Shown: piece after piece, positions 44,820 to 55,475 of the stretch
Layout of the letters: each line of letters begins with the position of its first letter
How positions within the stretch are numbered: the stretch's first letter is position 1
From: Geobacterales bacterium
GTDB taxonomy: Bacteria; Desulfobacterota; Desulfuromonadia; Geobacterales; Pseudopelobacteraceae
Assembly: GCA_038209415.1 (NCBI GenBank)
Contig: JBBQXT010000001.1
Coordinates: forward strand, 7,844 to 71,843
Reading direction: 5' to 3'
DNA: 64,000 nt
Program-made: the position numbers and the translations under genes
Notes under the pieces: model-generated
Seen by the model: the letters and a program-made list of their open reading frames with translations, nothing else
The model's database searches: none
What the model was told of the DNA's origin: nothing

Positions 44820-45244
44820 CTGAAGACGTACGCAAATATCTGATCTTCACACTGGCCGGCCGACGTTACGCCTTTGATCTGGCCCAGGTGGCAGAGGTGG
44901 TGGAGCAGCCCGCCACCTGGCCGATTCCGCTTGTCCCCCCCTGTTACCCCGGTGCGATGAACTTCCACGGCACCATCGTAGCAGTTATGGATCTGGCGAT
45001 GTTTTTCGGGCTTCCCGGCTGCCATGGTGCGGAGAAGGTGATCGTTCTCGACACCCGCATTGCAGCACTGGCCTTTGTTGTCGAAAGCATCATCAGGATC
45101 ACTCCACTGAATCGGGCCGAACTCACACCCACTCCCTGCGATGATGCCTTTGCCAGCGAAGACTTTATCCTGCCCGAAGGGAAAATCACCCTGCTGGATG
45201 CTTCGGCCATTGCAGTACACGCAGCCGAAACCATCAACACCTGA
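44816..45244 (+). CDS. cheW: Chemotaxis coupling protein CheW
   Basis: 142 aa with an [18 protein letters not shown] CheW-like fold signature. ATGA overlap with the MCP gene. Confidence 0.85.
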   Translation: MTEDVRKYLIFTLAGRRYAFDLAQVAEVVEQPATWPIPLVPPCYPGAMNFHGTIVAVMDLAMFFGLPGCHGAEKVIVLDTRIAALAFVVESIIRITPLNRAELTPTPCDDAFASEDFILPEGKITLLDASAIAVHAAETINT

Positions 45245-45363
45245 GGCGTTTGCCGACGGTTACCTTGTCCCCTGCGTTGGAGCAAACACCCCGGCGCAGC
45301 GTCGTTTTTACGTTCAAGGTTCACGTCTCCTGCATTGACGAGGCCGCATCGACATGCACAGAA

Positions 45364-45401
45364 CAAAAAAAGGCCGCATCTTTCGATGCGGCCTTTTTTT
45401 A
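45364..45401. terminator. Bidirectional rho-independent terminator
   Basis: AGGCCGCATC (45371-45380) / GATGCGGCCT (45385-45394), with flanking A- and T-runs. It sits between convergent genes. Confidence 0.65.
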
Positions 45402-45417
45402 CTTCGGTGAAAAAAAA

Positions 45418-45669
45418 TTACTTGGCTGCAGGAGCTTCCATAGCAGCAGGAGCGGCTTCTTTCTTCACGGTTTTTTTGGCTTTTTTGGCTTTTTTGGCTT
45501 TTTTAGCTTTCTTGGCAGGCTTAGCTACTTCTTTCTTCTCAGCAGCAGGAGCTGCAACTTCAGGAGCTGCTGCAGGAGCTGCGGTTTTAGCGGCGTCAGC
45601 AGCGAATACAACTGCGGAGAAGGAAACTGCTACGAGGGTGGCGATGATGCTGGCGATGATTTTTTTCAT
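45418..45669 (-). CDS. Small secreted Lys/Ala/Pro-rich repeat protein (83 aa precursor)
   Basis: MKKIIASIIATLVAVSFSAVVFA-ADA signal peptide, then AAPAAAPEVAAPAAEKKEVAKPAKKAKKAKKAKKAKKTVKKEAAPAAMEAPAAK. A GGAGG lies 8 nt before the ATG at 45669. Confidence 0.6.
   Translation of the reverse strand: MKKIIASIIATLVAVSFSAVVFAADAAKTAAPAAAPEVAAPAAEKKEVAKPAKKAKKAKKAKKAKKTVKKEAAPAAMEAPAAK
45472..45516. repeat. 9-bp tandem repeat (TTTTTTGGC, 3 perfect and 2 variant units) encoding the (KKA)n tract
   Basis: Units at 45472, 45481 and 45490 are perfect; those at 45499 (TTTTTTAGC) and 45508 (TTTCTTGGC) are variants. Confidence 0.8.
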
Positions 45670-45710
45670 GGGTCTGGCCTCCAAAGGGAATATGTTTCTT
45701 GCTCATCTTA

Positions 45711-45726
45711 TTGCATTGTATGTGCC
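45711..45726 (-). promoter_or_regulatory. Near-consensus sigma-54 (-24/-12) promoter upstream of the small Lys/Ala-rich protein gene
   Basis: The minus strand reads TGGCACATACAATGCA, against the consensus TGGCAC-N5-TTGCA. The GG-to-GC spacing is exact, and the -12 GC lies about 43 nt upstream of the ATG at 45669. Confidence 0.6.
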
Positions 45727-45959
45727 AACACACAACAGCTATTGTAACTATCTAAAATAACTATACTGACACTTTAAAATTTCGAAATACGCACGCCACA
45801 TCGGCCAATGCTCCACCTCATTTCAGGTATATCCTGCCGATTCAGAGCATAAAACCACCTGCCAGGCCTGTAAAATATCAGGCTTTGTGATTGCCTTCGT
45901 TATGGATTGTGAGTAAAAGTAAGGAACTTTGAAGAGATCGTTGCAGCAGGAGCACGGCA

Positions 45960-47168
45960 ATGGAACGCTCAGGTGAATGGATAATCGGACCGGAATCCGT
46001 CAGAATGGTGGAGCTGGGACATCCCTGGATCATCGCTGACAGCTATACGAAACGCTGGCCGACGAGTCAGGCAGGGCAGGTCGTGGATTTGACCGATGAC
46101 ACGGGGCGTTTCCTCGCATCAGCGCTGCTTGATCCCCAGGACCGTATCGTGGCACGGGTGCTGGCACGCGAACGGATGCTGCTTGATCTAACCTGGCTGA
46201 CCACACGTGTTCAGGCTGCCATTGATCTGCGCAGTCAGCATGCCGGGCTTGGCGATACGACCGCATTCCGGCTGGTGAACGGCGAAGGGGACGGCTTGCC
46301 TGGTCTGACGGTGGACCGCTACGGCGATTACTTGATGGTGCAGCTCTACTGCAATGGCTGGCGTACACACCTGAAGCTGATAACCCAGGTTCTGCAGAAT
46401 CTACTGGAACCGTCCGGGATCTATGAAAAAGCCCGTCCGCAGAATACACGTGAGCTTGAGGCCGCCAGCGAAACCAAGCGCTATGGTCGGCTGCTGGCGG
46501 GAATACCTGCACCGCAGCAGTTGCAGGTGCGGGAAAATGGACTCCTTTTTCTGGTCAGCCTGGAGAATGGCTTGAATACCGGGCTGTTTCTGGACCAACG
46601 CCGCAACCGTCGTGACCTGATGAACCGCGCCGCAGGCAAACGGGTGCTCAACCTGTTTGCGTATACCGGGGCATTTTCCGTTGCGGCCGCTGCCGCCGGA
46701 GCAGGCCTGGTGACGGGTGTGGATGCCTCGCCTGGTTATACCGAATGGGCCAAGGCCAATTTCGGGGCCAACCGGCTCAATCCAGGGCAGCATGAGTTCA
46801 TCGTGGGCGACTGCCTGGAAGTCCTGGCTGACCTGGCCCGCCGGCGGAAACGCTATGATATTATTCTGATGGATCCGCCATCTTTTTCAACCACCGCCAA
46901 AAGCCGTTTCACGACGCGAGGTGGCACTTCCGATCTTGTGGCAGCATCACTGCCGCTGCTCTCAACCGGTGGACTTCTGATTGCCTCATCCAATCACCAG
47001 AAGGTGGATGTGGCCGACTACCTCAAGGAATTGCGGCGCGGCGCCATCCATGCCGGCAGCAACCTGCGCGTCATCTCCCTGGTTGGTCAAGCAGAGGATT
47101 TCCCGTATCCGGTCACGTTTCCCGAGGGGCGTTATCTGAAATACGCTGTTTGCGTGAAGTCGGCCTGA
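45960..47168 (+). CDS. rlmI: 23S rRNA (cytosine-C5)-methyltransferase RlmI-like class I SAM methyltransferase with PUA-like N-terminus
   Basis: 402 aa with the SAM-binding motif LNLFAYTGAFSVAAA and the DPPSF motif. Confidence 0.75.
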   Translation: MERSGEWIIGPESVRMVELGHPWIIADSYTKRWPTSQAGQVVDLTDDTGRFLASALLDPQDRIVARVLARERMLLDLTWLTTRVQAAIDLRSQHAGLGDTTAFRLVNGEGDGLPGLTVDRYGDYLMVQLYCNGWRTHLKLITQVLQNLLEPSGIYEKARPQNTRELEAASETKRYGRLLAGIPAPQQLQVRENGLLFLVSLENGLNTGLFLDQRRNRRDLMNRAAGKRVLNLFAYTGAFSVAAAAAGAGLVTGVDASPGYTEWAKANFGANRLNPGQHEFIVGDCLEVLADLARRRKRYDIILMDPPSFSTTAKSRFTTRGGTSDLVAASLPLLSTGGLLIASSNHQKVDVADYLKELRRGAIHAGSNLRVISLVGQAEDFPYPVTFPEGRYLKYAVCVKSA

Positions 47169-47191
47169 AACCGCTGACATCTCCATAATAA

Positions 47192-47226
47192 CAAAAGCGC
47201 CCCGTAACGTTACGGGGCGCTTTTGT
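47192..47226. terminator. Bidirectional rho-independent terminator
   Basis: Perfect palindrome GCGCCCCGTAAC/GTTACGGGGCGC (47197-47220), with flanking AAAA and TTTT. Confidence 0.65.
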
Positions 47227-47252
47227 TATAAAGAGACACATGCCTGGCGACC

Positions 47253-48350
47253 TTACTTATCCGTCAGAATCCTCATCATGCGGCGCAGCGGCTCTGCCGC
47301 ACCCCACAGGAGCTGGTCGCCGCAGGTAAAGGCCGACAGGTACTGCGGCCCCATCCGCATCTTGCGGACACGGCCGACAGGCACGCTCAGGGTACCGGAG
47401 ACCGCCGCCGGTGTGAGCCCGGCCAGGGTTTCGGCCTTGGTGTTGGCTACCAGCTTGACCCACTGATTGTCATTCATGATCAGATTTTCTAGATCACTGA
47501 TCGGAACGTCCCTGTTCAGCTTGATGGTCAGCGCCTGGCTGTGGCAACGCATGGCACCTACCCGCACACAGATACCATCAACCGGGATCGGGGTGACCGT
47601 ACCAAGGATCTTGTTGGTCTCGGCAAAACCCTTCCACTCTTCGCGGCTCTGGCCGTCCTCCACCTCGCGGTCGATCCAGGGCAGCACATTGCCGGCCAGC
47701 GGGAAGCCAAACTCCTTGGTCGGCATGGAGCCGTCACGCAGGGCGGTGGTGACCTTCTGATCAATCTCCAGAATGGCGGAACCGAGGGTTTTCAATTCCT
47801 CTGCCACGGTTCTGTTCAGTACGCCCATCTGGGAAAGCAGTTCGCGCATGTTGGGAGCTCCGGCACCGGAGGCAGCCTGATAGGTCATGGAAGTGGCCCA
47901 TTCCACCAGACCGGCGCGGAACAGGCCGCCCAGGCCCATCAACATCAGACTGACGGTACAGTTGCCGCCGATGAAGTCCTTCCGGCCGTTGGCCAGGGCG
48001 GCATCGATGACAGTGCGGTTGACCGGATCGAGGATGATGACCGCATCGTCCTCCATGCGCAGAGTACTGGCCGCATCGATCCAGTAGCCGTTCCAGCCCT
48101 GTTTGCGCAATTCCGGGTGGACCGCCTTGGTGTAATCGCCCCCCTGACAGGTGATGATGATATCGAGCTTTTTCAGCTCAGTGATGTCCGAGGCGTTCTT
48201 CAGCGTCCCGGCATTCATGGGTGCCTCCTGCCCGGTCTGGGAAGTGGAGAAGAATACCGGCTCAATGCCGGCGAAATCGTTTTCCTCTAGCATCCTCTGC
48301 AGGAGAACCGAGCCTACCATGCCGCGCCAACCGACTATTCCGACTTTCAT
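47253..48350 (-). CDS. asd: Aspartate-semialdehyde dehydrogenase
   Basis: [16 protein letters not shown]-terminus and GGNCTVS active-site Cys region. Start at the ATG at 48350. Confidence 0.92.
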   Translation of the reverse strand: MKVGIVGWRGMVGSVLLQRMLEENDFAGIEPVFFSTSQTGQEAPMNAGTLKNASDITELKKLDIIITCQGGDYTKAVHPELRKQGWNGYWIDAASTLRMEDDAVIILDPVNRTVIDAALANGRKDFIGGNCTVSLMLMGLGGLFRAGLVEWATSMTYQAASGAGAPNMRELLSQMGVLNRTVAEELKTLGSAILEIDQKVTTALRDGSMPTKEFGFPLAGNVLPWIDREVEDGQSREEWKGFAETNKILGTVTPIPVDGICVRVGAMRCHSQALTIKLNRDVPISDLENLIMNDNQWVKLVANTKAETLAGLTPAAVSGTLSVPVGRVRKMRMGPQYLSAFTCGDQLLWGAAEPLRRMMRILTDK

Positions 48351-48380
48351 GGTGTGTTCCTTTTCTGACATAGATGTTAG

Positions 48381-49469
48381 TTAAAGGGCTGCTATTATTG
48401 CGTCACCCATTTCTTTGGTGTTGACCAGTTTCTCGTCCGACTTGTTCTGGTAAATGTCACGGGTGCGGTAGCCCTGATCCAGCACCTTGGCCACGGCATT
48501 GTCGATGGCGTCGGCCGCATCCAGCATCCCGAAGGAGAACTTGAGCATCATCCCCATGGAGAGGATCTGGGCGATCGGGTTGGCGATACCCTGGCCGGCG
48601 ATGTCCGGAGCCGAACCGCCGGAGGGTTCGTACATGCCGAAGGTCCCCTCGGCCAGCGAGGCGGAGGGCAGCATCCCCAGTGAGCCGGTCAGCATGGCGG
48701 CCTCGTCGGAGAGGATATCGCCGAACATGTTCTCACACAGGATCACGTCAAACTGCTTGGGCCACTTGACCAGCTGCATGGCGGCATTGTCCACGTACAT
48801 GTGGGTCAGTTCCACATCCGGATACTCCCTGGCGATGCCGATGACCACCTCGCGCCAGAGCACCGAGGTGGAAAGGACGTTGGCCTTGTCAATGGAGCAG
48901 ACCTTCCTGCCGCGCTTGCGGGCCGCCTGGAAAGCGACATGGGTTATGCGCTCGATCTCCGGCACCGAGTAACGCATGGTGTCAACGCCGACCCGCTCAC
49001 GCCCGACCCCGTCGATACCCTTGGGCTGGGAAAAATAGATGCCGCCGGTCAGTTCACGGATCACCAGGATATTGAAACCGCCGCCAATGACCTCTTCCTT
49101 GAGCGACGAGGCGCCGGTCAGGGAGGGGAAGATAATGGCCGGCCGCAGGTTAGCGTAGAGGCCGAAAATCTTGCGCAACGGCAGCAGCGCACCACGTTCG
49201 GGCTGCTCGTCCGGCGGCAGGCTCTCCCACGTGGGTCCGCCCACCGAGCCAAACAGGATGGCATCACTGGACTTGCAGATGTTGACGGTCGTATCGGGCA
49301 GGGCCGTGCCCTCCTTGTCGATAGCGGCCCCCCCCACGTTGGCAGGCGTGCGCTCGAACGTGACGCCGAACTTGGCCTCGACAGCATCCAACACGCGTAG
49401 CGCCTCGGCCATAACCTCCGGACCGATACCGTCACCCGCCAGGACCGCTATTTTATATGTTTTGGACAT
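48381..49469 (-). CDS. leuB: 3-isopropylmalate dehydrogenase
   Basis: [14 protein letters not shown] and [12 protein letters not shown] motifs. Start at the ATG at 49469. Confidence 0.92.
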   Translation of the reverse strand: MSKTYKIAVLAGDGIGPEVMAEALRVLDAVEAKFGVTFERTPANVGGAAIDKEGTALPDTTVNICKSSDAILFGSVGGPTWESLPPDEQPERGALLPLRKIFGLYANLRPAIIFPSLTGASSLKEEVIGGGFNILVIRELTGGIYFSQPKGIDGVGRERVGVDTMRYSVPEIERITHVAFQAARKRGRKVCSIDKANVLSTSVLWREVVIGIAREYPDVELTHMYVDNAAMQLVKWPKQFDVILCENMFGDILSDEAAMLTGSLGMLPSASLAEGTFGMYEPSGGSAPDIAGQGIANPIAQILSMGMMLKFSFGMLDAADAIDNAVAKVLDQGYRTRDIYQNKSDEKLVNTKEMGDAIIAAL

Positions 49470-49499
49470 AGTGCTTGCTCTCCTCACCCCGCAAATGAA

Positions 49500-50666
<1,167 letters not shown>

Positions 50667-50751
50667 GGTGTAACTCCTCTCATTCCTGTTTCTATCGTGA
50701 TTTTTGGATCGACTGTACAGTAAACCCGTTACGTGCGTTTGAATTGTTGAA

Positions 50752-50778
50752 TTTATAGGCAGGTGCCTGTTTTGTCAA
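50752..50778 (-). promoter_or_regulatory. Possible sigma-70-like promoter for metK
   Basis: The minus strand reads TTGACA (50773-50778), a 15-nt spacer, then TATAAA (50752-50757). The spacer is short, so this is tentative. Confidence 0.3.
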
Positions 50779-50957
50779 GCAAAGATAGCTTTGCAACATG
50801 CAGGCGATGCTCGCGGTATTACCACAAGCCGGGATTCTGCCACGAAAGCCGCTCCGCGCGGGCCTGCCGGGAAAAATTTTATTGAAGTTTACATCCAAAC
50901 CCCGTAAAGTACCGCTACTTTTGGCACGGCAACCAAAGCAGGAAAGGATCTACTCAA

Positions 50958-51824
50958 ATGTCAGACCGAAACACCATCGGAGTCATCGGCGGAAGCGGCC
51001 TCTATGATATGGAAGGCCTGGAAGGGGTCCAGCGGATCCGGGTGACGACTCCTTTTGGTGATCCTTCTGACGAATATGTTACCGGTGAGCTGAACGGTGT
51101 GCGCATGGTATTCCTGCCGCGCCACGGACGCGGCCACCGCTACCTGCCGTCGGAGGTCAACTACCGCGCCAACATCTATGGCATGAAGGAACTCGGCGTA
51201 CAACGGGTCATCTCCGTTTCTGCCGTCGGCAGTCTGAAAGACGTCATCGCCCCCGGCCACATCGTCATCCCCGACCAGTTTATCGACCGCACCAAGGGCA
51301 TCCGCAAGGACACCTTCTTCGGAGAAGGCATCGTGGCCCACGCCGGCTTTGCCGACCCGGTCTGTAGCTGCCTTTCAAACGCCCTGCATGCCGCAGCACT
51401 GAAAGCCGGGGCTACAACCCACAAGGGTGGTACCTACATCTGCATGGAAGGTCCCGCCTTTTCAACACGAGCCGAATCTTTCTCGTATCGTGCACTGGGG
51501 GCAGCGGTGATCGGCATGACCAACCTGACCGAGGCCAAGCTGGCCCGCGAAGCGGAACTCTGCTACGGCATAATCGCCCTTTCTACCGACTATGACTGCT
51601 GGCACGAACACCATGACGATGTAACGGTCGAGGCGATCATCCAGATCATCCACCAGAATGTCGCCATGGCCAAAAACATCATCCGCCATGCCGTTGCGGA
51701 AATCTCCTCGGAACGGACCTGCAGTTGCGGCAGAGCCATGCAGTTCGCCATCATTACCGATAAAGTGGTTATCCCCGAAGAAACCCGGCAAAAGCTTGGA
51801 CCGATTGTCGGGAGATACCTCTAA
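50958..51824 (+). CDS. mtnP: S-methyl-5'-thioadenosine phosphorylase
   Basis: IGVIGGSGLY N-terminus and overall MTAP/PNP-family pattern; 288 aa. Confidence 0.85.
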   Translation: MSDRNTIGVIGGSGLYDMEGLEGVQRIRVTTPFGDPSDEYVTGELNGVRMVFLPRHGRGHRYLPSEVNYRANIYGMKELGVQRVISVSAVGSLKDVIAPGHIVIPDQFIDRTKGIRKDTFFGEGIVAHAGFADPVCSCLSNALHAAALKAGATTHKGGTYICMEGPAFSTRAESFSYRALGAAVIGMTNLTEAKLAREAELCYGIIALSTDYDCWHEHHDDVTVEAIIQIIHQNVAMAKNIIRHAVAEISSERTCSCGRAMQFAIITDKVVIPEETRQKLGPIVGRYL

Positions 51825-51845
51825 ACCAGACAGGAGAAGAACCGA

Positions 51846-52763
51846 ATGAGCATCGTCGTTGTCGGAACCGTTGCCTTTGATACCGTGGAAACACCCTTCG
51901 GAAGGGGAGAGAATGTCCTGGGGGGCTCGGCCACCTATTTCGCCACCTCGGCCAGCTTTTTTACCGATGTCTCGCTGGTTGCGGTGGTTGGCGAGGATTT
52001 CCCCGAAGAGCATGTCCGCTTTCTGCAGTCCCGCGACATCAACACCGACGGCCTGCAGCGCATCCCCGGCAAGACCTTCCACTGGAGCGGGAAGTATGGC
52101 TATGACCTGAACGAGGCCCAGACTCTGGACACCCAGCTCAACGTGCTGATGGAATTCAAGCCGGACCTGCCCGATTCTTACCGCGATGCCGAGTACCTGT
52201 TTCTGGCCAACATAGACCCGGATCTCCAGATGGAGGTGCTTGGGCAGGTACGCCAACCGAAACTGGTGGCCTGCGACACCATGAACTTCTGGATTTCATC
52301 CAAACCCGAAGCCCTGCGCAAGGTTCTGCAGAAGGTCGATATCTGCGTGATCAACGAAGGAGAGGCACGCCAGTTTACCGGTGAACCCAATCTTGTGAAG
52401 GCTGCCCGGCAGATAATCACTCTTGGATGCAAACGCCTGGTGATCAAGCGCGGCGAATACGGCGTACTGATGTTCACCAGCGATACGGTTTTTGCTGCCC
52501 CGGCCTACCCGCTGGAGGAGGTCTTCGATCCGACCGGCGCAGGCGACACCTTCGCCGGCGGTTTCATGGGCTATTTGGCCAATTCCGGCGACCTTTCCGA
52601 AGAGGGCATCCGTCAGGCGATCGTGTTCGGTTCGGTGATGGCTTCTTTCAACGTGGAGGATTTCAGCCTCGACCGCATGAAACGCCTGGATTACAAGGAA
52701 ATTGAGGCGCGCTACAGGAGCTTCAAGGCACTGACCAGTTTCCGCGATGTCGCTCAGCTCTAA
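51846..52763 (+). CDS. PfkB-family carbohydrate/nucleoside kinase
   Basis: DPTGAGDTFAGGF signature near the C-terminus; 305 aa. Confidence 0.8.
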   Translation: MSIVVVGTVAFDTVETPFGRGENVLGGSATYFATSASFFTDVSLVAVVGEDFPEEHVRFLQSRDINTDGLQRIPGKTFHWSGKYGYDLNEAQTLDTQLNVLMEFKPDLPDSYRDAEYLFLANIDPDLQMEVLGQVRQPKLVACDTMNFWISSKPEALRKVLQKVDICVINEGEARQFTGEPNLVKAARQIITLGCKRLVIKRGEYGVLMFTSDTVFAAPAYPLEEVFDPTGAGDTFAGGFMGYLANSGDLSEEGIRQAIVFGSVMASFNVEDFSLDRMKRLDYKEIEARYRSFKALTSFRDVAQL

Positions 52764-52774
52764 CCCTTTGTTTT

Positions 52775-52803
52775 ATTGACATTGTACGGCTAATTTGCTA
52801 ATT
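52775..52803 (+). promoter_or_regulatory. Sigma-70-like promoter for the TPR lipoprotein / RodZ-like pair
   Basis: TTGACA (52775-52780), a 17-nt spacer, then TAATTT (52798-52803). Confidence 0.4.
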
Positions 52804-52859
52804 TTTGCCAACCTTCAGGGCAGATTTCCTCCCGATCGGGATACTTCAGGAACCAGCGC

Positions 52860-53612
52860 ATGAAACGTCTCATCACCCTCCTTCTTCTGCTGGTCATAGC
52901 CGGCTGTGCCAGCGGGAGCGATCAGCTGCGGTTCGGCAAGAGCAACCCTGCCGCATACCACTACCAGATGGGACTTTCCTACCTGGGAGAGAGAAACTAC
53001 ACCTCTGCCTTGATCGAATTGACCGAGGCGGAAAAGCTCGATCCCGAAAACCCGGAACTGCTCTACAACCTCGGCCTGGCCTTCATCGGCAAGAAGCGGC
53101 CCGACCTGGCCGAGCAAAGATTCCAGAAAGCCATCATGCTCAAGCCGAATTATACCACGGCCCGCAATGATCTGGGTTTTGCCTACCTCGAACTGAAACG
53201 CTGGGACAGTGCCATCCAGCAGTTCAAAATCGTCAAGGACGACATCTTTTACGAAAACAACGAAAATGCCACCATCAACCTGGGGTTGGCCTACCTGGGC
53301 AAGGGAGACTATCCCAAGGCACTGGAAGAGTTGCGATCAGTGGCTGCCGCCAATCCGCGAAATCCGGTAATTCGCCTTTCTCTGGGCCGGGTCTGGTTTG
53401 CCATGGACAGGACCGAACAGGCCATTGTCGAGTACAAAAAAGCTCTGGAGATCTTCCGTGACTATGGCGATGCCCACTACTACCTCGGCCTGGCCTACCT
53501 CAAACTCAACAATGTGTCTGCCGCCCGGGCATCTTTCAAGGAGACCGTCCGTATCATCCCTGACACGGAGCGCGGCCGTTCTGCCCTTGACTATCTGGAC
53601 CTTCTGAAGTAA
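52860..53612 (+). CDS. TPR-repeat lipoprotein (PilW/PilF-like)
   Basis: Lipobox LVIAGC-AS, followed by about 6 TPR units (YHYQMGLSYL, LYNLGLAFI, RNDLGFAYL, TINLGLAYL and others). Confidence 0.7.
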   Translation: MKRLITLLLLLVIAGCASGSDQLRFGKSNPAAYHYQMGLSYLGERNYTSALIELTEAEKLDPENPELLYNLGLAFIGKKRPDLAEQRFQKAIMLKPNYTTARNDLGFAYLELKRWDSAIQQFKIVKDDIFYENNENATINLGLAYLGKGDYPKALEELRSVAAANPRNPVIRLSLGRVWFAMDRTEQAIVEYKKALEIFRDYGDAHYYLGLAYLKLNNVSAARASFKETVRIIPDTERGRSALDYLDLLK

Positions 53613-53623
53613 TCGAGGCACAC

Positions 53624-54472
53624 TTGTCAGAGATCGAAACAAACCTGGTTGATCCTTCAGCCGCCTCACCGGGCGCCATACTCAAGCGTTGTCGTGAATA
53701 CCGCGGTTTATCGCTGGAAGAGGCCGAAGTAGCGACAAAAGTCGGAGTTGTCTATCTTAACGCCCTTGAAGAAGACCAGATCGGCCAATTTGCAAGCCTG
53801 GCCTATCTCAAGGGCTTTTTACGGATCTACGCCACATATCTCGGCCTCAATCCCGATGACATGATCCGGCTGTACGACAAGCTCTATGCCTCCGGCAACG
53901 GGAGCAGCACCGCCGGCGCCACTGACAAGGCCCCGCGCAAGAAATTTCCGCTTCAGAAGCTGGCCATGCCGGCTGTCCTCCTGGTCCTGATCCTTGTTAC
54001 CGCGGCCATCGTCAACCGCTCACCCGCCCCTCCCGTCCGCCAGAATCAGCCGGCATCCGTCACACCCTCGGCAGCAGCACCGGTCGTTCAGCAGATTCAT
54101 TCCTCTGCCAGGCCGGCCCGGCCGCCTGTAAAGGTGGATGATGCCGCTGTTGAACACTCTCGGGGCGATGCGCCGCCCGCGCCAAAAACCGGAGCCCAGA
54201 AAGCTGCGACTGAAAATTCCAGAGGCGTCATCATCCGTTTGAAAGTCACTCAAAGCGGTACCCTGTCAGTGACCATTGACGGTTCCACATCACAGGCATA
54301 CGACCTGGTCGTTGGTGACAGTATCGAGTGGAAGGCAGACCGCACCATTTCTCTTGAACTGTCCAATTCCGGCGGAGTTGAAGCCGAGCTGAACGGCAGG
54401 CCGCTGAAGCCATTCGGCCCGTCGGGCAAACCAGCCATCGTCCTTCTCGACTCCGAGGGAGTCAGGCCTTGA
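53624..54472 (+). CDS. rodZ: RodZ-like cytoskeleton protein (HTH + TM + DUF4115-like C-terminus)
   Basis: N-terminal XRE-type HTH (GAILKRCREYRGLSLEEAEVATKVGVVYLNALEE), one TM helix, a Pro/Ala-rich linker and a C-terminal beta domain. The start is a TTG after GAGG. Confidence 0.65.
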   Translation: MSEIETNLVDPSAASPGAILKRCREYRGLSLEEAEVATKVGVVYLNALEEDQIGQFASLAYLKGFLRIYATYLGLNPDDMIRLYDKLYASGNGSSTAGATDKAPRKKFPLQKLAMPAVLLVLILVTAAIVNRSPAPPVRQNQPASVTPSAAAPVVQQIHSSARPARPPVKVDDAAVEHSRGDAPPAPKTGAQKAATENSRGVIIRLKVTQSGTLSVTIDGSTSQAYDLVVGDSIEWKADRTISLELSNSGGVEAELNGRPLKPFGPSGKPAIVLLDSEGVRP

Positions 54473-54539
54473 TCCTCTCCGTCATCAGGCTTTGCCAGAG
54501 ATGGCCGTTTAAAAAACATGCATAAAAAACTTACGCGGC

Positions 54540-54567
54540 TTGACAGTGTTGCGCTCCGTGCTAGACT
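54540..54567 (+). promoter_or_regulatory. Sigma-70-like promoter for the REC/USP/kinase cluster
   Basis: TTGACA (54540-54545), a 16-nt spacer, then TAGACT (54562-54567). This implies the ORF-track start at 54540 is not coding. Confidence 0.4.
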
Positions 54568-54596
54568 TCCAGTTACAGTCAAAGCAGGAGCACTCC

Positions 54597-55010
54597 GTGG
54601 CAGAAAAGATGAAACGCATACTGGTGGTGGACGACGAAGAGAATGCGCGCATTGCCCTCTCCAAGATTTTGACCCATGAAGGGTACGATGTCGCTTCGGC
54701 CGGCAACGGCCACGAGGCACTCAATTATCTGCGAGGCAACGAGGTGGAGTTGATCATAACCGACATCAACATGCCGGAGATGAACGGCATGGCCTTTCTG
54801 AGGGAGTTGAACCGCAGCCACCCGGCCAGCAACGTGATCATGATCACCGCCTATGGCGAGGTGGAATCCTATATAGAGGCCATGAACCTGGGCGCTTTTG
54901 AATACATCAACAAACCGGTTAAACTGGAAGAACTCAACAAAATCATCAATAAAATTTTCAAGCACACATCAAACGTTAAACCCAAGGAGATACACCATGA
55001 AGCCGTTTGA
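54597..55010 (+). CDS. Single-domain response regulator (CheY-like receiver)
   Basis: ILVVDDEENARIAL...ITDINMPEMNG receiver motifs. The GTG at 54597 lies 6 nt after AGGAG; an ATG at 54609 is the alternative. Confidence 0.85.
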   Translation: MAEKMKRILVVDDEENARIALSKILTHEGYDVASAGNGHEALNYLRGNEVELIITDINMPEMNGMAFLRELNRSHPASNVIMITAYGEVESYIEAMNLGAFEYINKPVKLEELNKIINKIFKHTSNVKPKEIHHEAV

Positions 55011-55452
55011 AAAGATTCTGACCGCCATCGACTTCTCGGAAAGTTCCGACTTCGCCTTTGAGTACGCCCTGACGCTGGCCACGCAATTCCAGGCTGAACT
55101 GACCGTCATGCACGTCATCAACGAGCCGGTTGACCTGCGGGGTTTCTATGTCCCGCATATCTCATTCGAACAACTGGAAAAAGAGATTGAAGAGGGTGCT
55201 GAAAAGATGATGGTCAAGTTCTGCCAAACAAAACTGGGGGACTTTACCAGATATAAGACCGCCATTGTCACCGGTATCCCCTATGAAGAAATCATCAGAA
55301 AAGCGGAAGAGACCGGCGCCTCATTGATCGTGCTTGGCACCCATGGCCGCACCGGGATCGATCATCTCATTTTCGGCAGTACCGCGGAACGCGTCGTCCG
55401 CAGCGCGGCCTGTCCCGTTCTTACTATCCGCATGCCCGCTGCCGCAAAGTAA
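54997..55452 (+). CDS. Universal stress protein (UspA family)
   Basis: ILTAIDFSE N-terminus and C-terminal LVLGTHGRTGIDHLIFGSTAERVVRSAACPVLTI. The ATG at 54997 follows AAGGAGA and overlaps the receiver gene by 14 nt. Confidence 0.85.
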   Translation: MKPFEKILTAIDFSESSDFAFEYALTLATQFQAELTVMHVINEPVDLRGFYVPHISFEQLEKEIEEGAEKMMVKFCQTKLGDFTRYKTAIVTGIPYEEIIRKAEETGASLIVLGTHGRTGIDHLIFGSTAERVVRSAACPVLTIRMPAAAK

Positions 55453-55475
55453 GCGCCCCGCATGTATTCACCGCG

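Noticed and set aside
45472-45516. Short tandem repeat considered as a CRISPR-like or VNTR non-coding array
   Set aside because: The units are 9 bp with no spacers, and they are in frame within the Lys/Ala-rich ORF. This is a coding microsatellite, not a CRISPR array. No CRISPR array was seen anywhere in the window.
50921-50940. TGGCACG upstream of mtnP as a sigma-54 promoter
   Set aside because: The -24 box is perfect, but the position 12 nt downstream reads CCAA rather than TTGC, so there is no GC dinucleotide. It is therefore not a functional-looking -24/-12 pair.
50667-50957. Possible SAM riboswitch in the metK leader
   Set aside because: The roughly 80-nt leader downstream of the candidate promoter lacks SAM-I conserved blocks. 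The GC-rich structured stretch (50820-50870) lies upstream of the putative -35 box. This cannot be excluded without an Rfam scan.
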